Positions 16,601-20,000 of a stretch of DNA of 20,000 nt are shown here, piece after piece; the first letter of the stretch is position 1, and the number at the start of each line of letters is the position of its first letter. The stretch comes from an uncultured virus (IMG/VR IMGVR_UViG_3300021255_000099). Taxonomy: Duplodnaviria; Heunggongvirae; Uroviricota; Caudoviricetes; Schitoviridae. The position numbers were made by a program, and so were the translations under genes. The stretch lies in IMG/VR virus record IMGVR_UViG_3300021255_000099. One strand, written 5' to 3'. The notes below the pieces were generated by a model that saw nothing but the letters and a program-made list of their open reading frames with translations, was not told where the DNA came from and did no database searches.

Positions 16601-19600
16601 GACCCTGGAACAATCTCCCTTTTGGATCCAAGGCAGTAAGCACCTGGACAATCAAAGGATCATGCGCATCAGGCAAATGATCTTCGCCCTTGGAACGAAG
16701 TTCGTCTTCCTTGAGCCAACGGATTCCAGAAAGATCTGCTTTTTTGAGCAGTTTGGACTTAAGTCCTCGGGTAGCGGTTGAATCTGCTCCTCCCAAGAGT
16801 TTATCCAGAAGCTTGAGAGAAGTCAGATGCTGAACCAAATAACCTACAGGATTTGCTGTTCCACTACCCCAAAGATAGAACATCCTTTTCACAGGAACAA
16901 ATAACCGAGAGAAAATACTCGGAAGGTTTTCTGCGAATTTAACTTCTGTTTGTTCCTTGGGCGAAGCTTTCGGGAAATAATATTCCCCTGTTTCAGTGTC
17001 AATTTCCATCTTGACAATGAAATGCTTTTTACCGGCTTCTTCAGCAACTTGCTGCCGTTCTTCAAGAGAACCAGCGGAACAGAAACGTTCTGCAAGTTGC
17101 TTGCCTTCTTCCATATCAGCTTCAGATACCTGTGCTTCAGAAGGTTCGGGAGCTTTTACAGAAATCTCAGGATGGGACATCTTGCCTTCAATATAAGCAG
17201 TGATATCTTCAGCTTTCCAAGTGCATTTGTCCTGTTCCGAAAGATCTTTGTTAACTGTCTGGATAACAGATAACACCTGGCTCAGAGTCAGTTCCACACC
17301 GGAACTTCTGATCTGATCCAGCCTGGATTTGACCAAAGAATCTCCCTTTGTCCGAATAGAAGATTCGGTTTGAGCAGAAGGTTTCGTCGTTTCATCAGAA
17401 ATAGCTCCCTGTGCTAAAGGATCAAAATCTTCAGGCACAGGAGGAAGTTTTACTTCTAAATTGGAGTTCTTGGCAGGTGCACCCGATTTATTTTCTGATG
17501 CAGAAGAATAAGAAAGAAAAGAACTACCATCAATTTGTTTTACAGGGCTTGTCGTAAATACAATGTATTCATACGGATATCCCACTTCAAGGATTAATTG
17601 GAGTGCTTTCGGGAAATCTGTGGCATTCTCGCAATAAACTTCTAAGATGCTTCCCGCAGGTACTTCTAATCTTCGGGTATTGCTTTCTTTGTTTTTTTCA
17701 AGCTTAATAGAATTAAGTGCATCATTTACAATATTGTTTGGAACATCTTTTTCAGTGAAAATTTCAGTAAATTTTCCAGAAACGTTTGTAAATGAACGGG
17801 TTATACCAGCAAGCTTTCCTAAGGCTTTTATTAAGTTTTTTAAATTTTCAAGCGTAGGACTAAAAAAAGCATCTCGAGCAGCAATGTATCCGCCCTGATA
17901 TCCACCAGGGCGATTTACTTGTCTTTCAGTTGCAGGAGAGACAAGCGAAATTACAGAATTTTGAGTACCTTTTGTAGTATCTCGTTGGAAAATAAGCACA
18001 GGAGAATTCTTAGAAAGACTGGGAAGTTTTCCTGCGATTTCTTGTGGAACATCCGCATCAATGACATCAGGAGCATCTGGATTATTAGATGTTCTACGTC
18101 TTCCTTGCGGAGTACCAAAAATTCCAAGAGTAACTCTAGATTTTGCGGTTATTTGTTCTGGGGTCCCTTTATTATGAGAAGGCTGGGACTCAATCTTAGG
18201 AGAAGACTGTTGTTCAGTTTTTTCTGGTTCAGCTGCTTTAGTTTCTTGGGTAGTTTCCGTAGAAGAATTCTGATGTACAACTACTGTTGCAACTTGAACC
18301 ATCTTCCCATATTTATTAATCTGCGGGGCATCAATGGTATCAATAATTCGTGATCCAGGAGGTAAACTATCGTCTTCTACACCTCGCGCAATTATCTTCA
18401 TACCCTCAATATATTTTGCTCCCGGAGTTATAGGGAGTTCATACCCGAAGGCTTCAAGATGTCTAGTCAGTTCACGATCAAGATCTTCTAAAAGTTTTAC
18501 TGTTGCAGGACTTTCCGCATCATTTCGCTTCGAATGCTTAATGCGATATATATGTGTTCTGATATCACCTATAAGTTTTGCAATATTTTTAATATCTTCT
18601 TTTTCATAATCAGGATTCTTTGCATCTAATTTTTTAGAAGCAATCTTCTGATTTAATTCATTATTAAGATCAAGATATCTCTTAAATAATGCACGAGTGC
18701 GCGGATGCTTAGGTTGGTTTCCATTAGTGTTATTCAAAGTATTTTCTACTTGAACACGCCGTCTTCCACGCATGGTTTTGTCAGCATAAGCTAAATTTGC
18801 TTTGATTCTTTCTTTTACAAAATTCCTGCGTTCACTGGCAGATAAAGCATTTGGTGCTCTACTATCTGACGGGGAATCACCAAAAGTTTCGATCCAATCC
18901 AGACCACTATTAGCTAAGTCTAATAAATCTTCATCTGAAAGATCATCGTCATTAATAAGAAAACCTTCTGGATTGAATCGATGGGGATTCTTTTTCTTAT
19001 AATTTCTTACATCAAACGGAGTTCTTGGCTGTTGCTGGGGAACAGGCTGAGAAGGCTGAGTCTGTTGCTGTTGAGGCTGAGGCTGAACAGGAGTAGGAGT
19101 AGGTGCAGGAGCAGGTTGCTCAGTTAACACAGTTGGATCCACTGTTGCAGTGGTAGTTTCCTGAGCTGCTTTTTCCTGTTCTTTCTGAAGCTCTGCCTGT
19201 CTGGCTTGCTGTGCTGCCAGCAGACGTTGTGCCTGTAAGCTCGCAGCAAACTGCTTGTAACGAGCATCCTTGAATTTGTCCGGAGTAACAAGGTTCAAGA
19301 CTTCATCCTTGAATCCTGAATAATCTTGGGACAATCCATAATACAAAGCAATAGCAGATAAATCGTCCGGGGTAAGTTTCTTTGCTCCCTTCTCTCGAAT
19401 TGCTCGCTTTGCTGTTGACTGCGCAGAACGTTTTAAAGTTTCAAAAGCTTTCTTAAGATTTTCTTCATGCTGGTTCAGAAGAGCATTAAGTTGCTTTTGC
19501 TGTTCCGGATTATTGGTGATATTTGCAAGATTCTGCTTAAGAGTCGTTATCCGATCATAAGCCGAGTCCACTTGTTCCGCGACATCCGGAGCAGAGTTGA

Positions 19601-20000
19601 TGTCAAATTTATGCAAGCCAAAATTAGACCTTGCAATGGAATAAGCGCTAATAGCATCATTGATTGCAGCATGTACTGTAGAAATATTCTTATCTAATTT
19701 GTCTGCTAAATTAGAATCTGTTTTCCGAACTTCTTCAGTATTCTTATTCCAAGTATCAGTAAATACCTGGAGATCTTCTGCAAATTTTGCAGTTTCTTTC
19801 TTGGTTTTGCGCTTGATGGCTGCATCGTATGCAGATCCAGGAGCATCTCCTAAAAGCTGTGCAGATGCAATAGCTGTACGCGGAGCAACAATACCCAAGC
19901 CACCAATAGCGCCTTCAGCAATAGACTGTCCGACACCTTCCATAACATCCTGTGTGCGATCCAGATATTTCTGGGTGGCCAGATTCTGCCTGTACTGTCC
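7644..20000 (-). CDS. Virion-encapsidated RNA polymerase (N4 gp50-like), 5' end beyond window
   Basis: The frame stays open for 19 more codons past the ATG at 19943 to the window end (at least 4118 aa). T/DxxGR-equivalent KNSRIG..NPQSNK at ~15640-15690. Motif A LEIDGNNDG (D at 15114-15116); motif B TSLTKALVTIINYGS (14586-14630); GTGD and motif C QMFDG (D at 13029-13031). HEFTH metallopeptidase motif at 11607-11621. Orientation opposite the SSB cluster, as in N4. Confidence 0.95.
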   Translation of the reverse strand, partial: GQYRQNLATQKYLDRTQDVMEGVGQSIAEGAIGGLGIVAPRTAIASAQLLGDAPGSAYDAAIKRKTKKETAKFAEDLQVFTDTWNKNTEEVRKTDSNLADKLDKNISTVHAAINDAISAYSIARSNFGLHKFDINSAPDVAEQVDSAYDRITTLKQNLANITNNPEQQKQLNALLNQHEENLKKAFETLKRSAQSTAKRAIREKGAKKLTPDDLSAIALYYGLSQDYSGFKDEVLNLVTPDKFKDARYKQFAASLQAQRLLAAQQARQAELQKEQEKAAQETTTATVDPTVLTEQPAPAPTPTPVQPQPQQQQTQPSQPVPQQQPRTPFDVRNYKKKNPHRFNPEGFLINDDDLSDEDLLDLANSGLDWIETFGDSPSDSRAPNALSASERRNFVKERIKANLAYADKTMRGRRRVQVENTLNNTNGNQPKHPRTRALFKRYLDLNNELNQKIASKKLDAKNPDYEKEDIKNIAKLIGDIRTHIYRIKHSKRNDAESPATVKLLEDLDRELTRHLEAFGYELPITPGAKYIEGMKIIARGVEDDSLPPGSRIIDTIDAPQINKYGKMVQVATVVVHQNSSTETTQETKAAEPEKTEQQSSPKIESQPSHNKGTPEQITAKSRVTLGIFGTPQGRRRTSNNPDAPDVIDADVPQEIAGKLPSLSKNSPVLIFQRDTTKGTQNSVISLVSPATERQVNRPGGYQGGYIAARDAFFSPTLENLKNLIKALGKLAGITRSFTNVSGKFTEIFTEKDVPNNIVNDALNSIKLEKNKESNTRRLEVPAGSILEVYCENATDFPKALQLILEVGYPYEYIVFTTSPVKQIDGSSFLSYSSASENKSGAPAKNSNLEVKLPPVPEDFDPLAQGAISDETTKPSAQTESSIRTKGDSLVKSRLDQIRSSGVELTLSQVLSVIQTVNKDLSEQDKCTWKAEDITAYIEGKMSHPEISVKAPEPSEAQVSEADMEEGKQLAERFCSAGSLEERQQVAEEAGKKHFIVKMEIDTETGEYYFPKASPKEQTEVKFAENLPSIFSRLFVPVKRMFYLWGSGTANPVGYLVQHLTSLKLLDKLLGGADSTATRGLKSKLLKKADLSGIRWLKEDELRSKGEDHLPDAHDPLIVQVLTALDPKGRLFQGLEQAMVQRLANGVKYAQFPKLIKNGKLDQKTKEIMQIIMVQWIASMTAGTSEATAEELAHLGLLLENDSDTVYLGGEVAPLAMAALVNMTKEFFGITENIENSNDRSAMEQETLIAEMANFMANIVEDAGFISRETAKVDARTVDDSEISTHELPIVTVRDDLKGIFKQDKFVLKHLCCSMQNREIYINEAPKAREHINIAHTPVAATEEQKLAVRAEETRAKKVNKAYLGLQLALGGLRGSFAVQKPLPIAGDRAFSNQEDFKSKEGQLLSRWLAFNYMASVFLELPKGMNIDDIELYFKATVWKNSRIGLVGSVNPQSNKPLRAFIHEKLGPVDLTDKNSQAYTDWFIALASNLGESTGKKDISTYRKNVENFIARVHEKINSDPVLKSVFRKAFMASEDKNLLKLAGVEDISGEAFTLTAEETQAYKDFLHELQYGDKEKKIPGFDYEMLGDQQQNALLEVVRYVSIQDANYPEIFKDQQLRKFDSNLSLEIDGNNDGPAHANKGWGLLIGAYTLAQGYMQAKTGYYEGTRTTTQANLTSVKDGGTDSIYGHGNQDSHKQVAEKGVVDKLREFFTHLKADNETAKKEGNRSSQTNYTRVLSSMEGLLTIMGHIRGYQNKAGSDTWIIPNSGNPNDIPKVIQDFLRTGSPNFHFSTSLTKALVTIINYGSRAHGSTLQVITAMEEKLQQAITTALGKMYDATGTLPEVYKSFLKDMREEEVVVFDTETTGEEGKPVDPMTVKLAQIHAQKYLRGKPVGQPFSVTIKLDKGSSELPKTIDGKVNPMIKYYESQEAAGKLVDEQKAIEDFYAYVGNAPVIGHNIKGFDAPLIKNRSKTRRGTDDRSFGFTRMYDTLEIARYVTNLQLDGYRLFDLARAIGIRKLDEAHLAQVDVENNYKVADTLVRMLDAKERELQNTPASNEHAEFNIEGLNYTDLRKALLQLFSVAYDPRKGSWLPITEKELGEYIEGLPVNILTQEELRTENIQYDKKKRMAYIESRNEYDSEGRLKRDYDLIQNFRITAKGKEVLARALAKHFGQAAQSAVHEAIGDQSMRAMTIPMQVMSIFTCIQRGVEATEYVRNKGYKDSTAFEKEDSHQRVNNFMAQLTFSDGVKVVASKNQYRMSDKPIVEDADKDRQDYSVYRSNVFAGDTRISGGALAVQGTGDAAMVLKLNRICNMLGINLDINQMFDGISIKPEYARVLGYLMNVADYYAQTQRRMDSILKNLGFLAKQLKHYGYAKEDASTEDAIIDCLIQLKNGKTFDGEDITDDYLDLKKALGLGEYGGIDGIIKRLVGMTEVNSTMNFDIFNKNSNFKGTRNSVDSELRADLKGIFAYYRSCWFNELVNNYAQKCLPGSMNHYSGISNCAFVYGNPVSVEEAKAVLDSLNTDNQFRDLTDLNAAYKNTIAMARLKAMKDDPAYAIDKPIIEHLIQERIQSKTKMLSDEQMRICQRDLRYSDTPIDDAYDNRKAIVDNIQAILGETSSQELKENAPSEESLREADKAAQQAEYEQRKQERELAKAARKEASKAEQEARKAEAQNWVLTKRQDASNPKAVYDVARDVFKRIADRYGNKRTLQRRLFDAIASIVLRLLPKNLDLVIVNDISRLPEHLRAQAAQNTEFSVIDVTSDGATIYILNQDKSIKDPFQALSAAANQDFLAHEFTHAALTLGIKQIIAKGPQGDPEGYKAVMSLVKLMQDTFLAPVSGVSVDSVDLPRVLQIIKEYWEDINLGTIAVDPEDPGSVERLALAVDETIAYVLTNKDAFNYLSQHIHLNASEEEVQNLRSVFRNLLSSVGKVIKSAFKITRKPLAKYFDAWLYRDPTKPPKTSMENDAEIFNDFFSMFSTATMAILRAVENNARTTDTSSAEPTQRFAKVGMAEMSVADGRGGISLYTALARASYPHKLPRGDYLDKTNKVISKVIKQHEQFVNNLEGLLRPCFMPDQARDIALATKALMFEDILNPSDRRDLANFYADIVEQIPSYEVFLEDKNAATPEEQEQALTLYNLVTGKDARYENSVKKDIPLLRKDFARPALLLALMLADPDIKESLSNLRQPKNKTESKAPAYSLRRLIEKTENSLLDRLLNQNIKNQSILGKLDSATKQQQELINNPPEDLAEKIDSMIFDWVNGAFRVGTIKFLEARGNHKAAELIREGSKELREDALNVYTTVMESFRHWTNKVVKDVNVVGWLSDVYGRVPTLQKFHERLKSINGFQDKNRKELLEDLPARLLNEFSRKLSRAERTFLDRILGATDITTLGRDEARQVFTDANKLSQAISKEEKHLVDMVGDDQAKHYQKKAKELAEYLMLGKISWNLLTNATAISRSFGEREYDPQHSTVVHSIDRLATMYAIDLLTPAEKEQAKQFYLNETKGMNTLFDQLYDIKDIETKRVEERHSIKAFKGWRPRGSIPSGQYIIVPARQQERYESEGFVLIGAYQADSLDNSEPMVRMWTKVPHPREFLEGLFQNINSTAFGFQINNRSRGEARGTHISAVNTLDRLYTKRGSNKNNKEQFVIPMYDLDGSVIGYERSVPQEDRKYLDENRDIFTGIAQYRSRQEREQFAIDNNIEVIKDCWDDFDQASSSEKKNEFIDVAHSADPVIRQAWEKIDIRVKEEAKKYFGDHFYIRKDLVYTVLGYERKSLVDIYDEKFLLPSGCELALAGILDLVLGKKARHKVLNAEAALGGLTSYARDTIIIRSLKVPALNAVSNLIILRYSLNIPFREIIRLMKECYAETELYNRLYHQNQELKYRATKAENAALKDQYEKKIAMNETRMKNLSLYPLIQGGEYSTISSQGRVFEELEIGKQTIGDMLETVVDKMPKGLKTLGANALMTKNSEIFQLLTKAVNYTDWLCKGIGYKYLTEYSKYRNVRMEPHQANAIVSTLFVDYDQFTTPGREYLNRMGILWFMMYKYRIIPATILSMMMNPARTVFGAAAAETLGTGSLLTDNWITKTLTGDIGYSIGLGMIFRGIAMHPLAVLLGCLI
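13870..14450 (-). other. DEDDh (DnaQ/PolC/RNase T-like) 3'-5' exonuclease domain within vRNAP
   Basis: ExoI VVFDTETTG (14406-14432), ExoII GHNIKGFD (14118-14141), DTLEIAR, and ExoIII HLAQVD (13923-13940). Confidence 0.9.
19020..19105 (-). repeat. Pro/Gln-rich low-complexity linker in vRNAP
   Basis: Encodes QPAPAPTPTPVQPQPQQQQTQPSQPVPQQQPRT, with short imperfect repeats (aggagt, aggctg). Confidence 0.7.

Noticed and set aside
7687..19697. Numerous + strand ORFs (e.g. 10893-11834, 313 aa) and short alternate-frame - strand ORFs
   Set aside because: They lie within or opposite the vRNAP gene, have atypical composition and show no motifs.
1..20000. Alternative genetic code / stop-codon reassignment
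   Set aside because: Genes are full length and tightly packed under the standard code, TAA, TGA and TAG all end genes, and the tRNA anticodon TAA reads Leu UUA, so it is not a suppressor.

Overview
This is a 20-kb segment of an N4-like (Schitoviridae-type) phage genome, at the junction where the + strand replication/middle genes meet the - strand virion RNA polymerase (vRNAP) gene. The + strand carries, in order: a partial Sak4/AAA ATPase, an N4-type SSB, a RusA-like resolvase and an N4-like hypothetical gene. Next come a sigma70 promoter and a ~400-nt hairpin-dense non-coding block, a 42-aa hyperacidic ORF and tRNA-Leu(UAA). About a dozen small accessory genes follow (two DUF551-like, one DUF3310, several membrane peptides), then a trimeric dUTPase and an embedded Rz/Rz1 spanin pair, which implies a diderm host. 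The - strand carries a Tad2/DUF2829-like gene and a giant vRNAP ORF (at least 4118 codons) that runs off the window end. The most striking observation is that this vRNAP has an intact-looking DEDDh 3'-5' exonuclease domain inserted in frame between polymerase motifs B and C. It also has a GrpE-like and another foreign-looking domain in an AT-rich N-terminal part, at least 18 cysteines (N4 vRNAP has none) and a motif-B Arg-to-Thr change. All family assignments come from motif recognition by eye; no searches were run.
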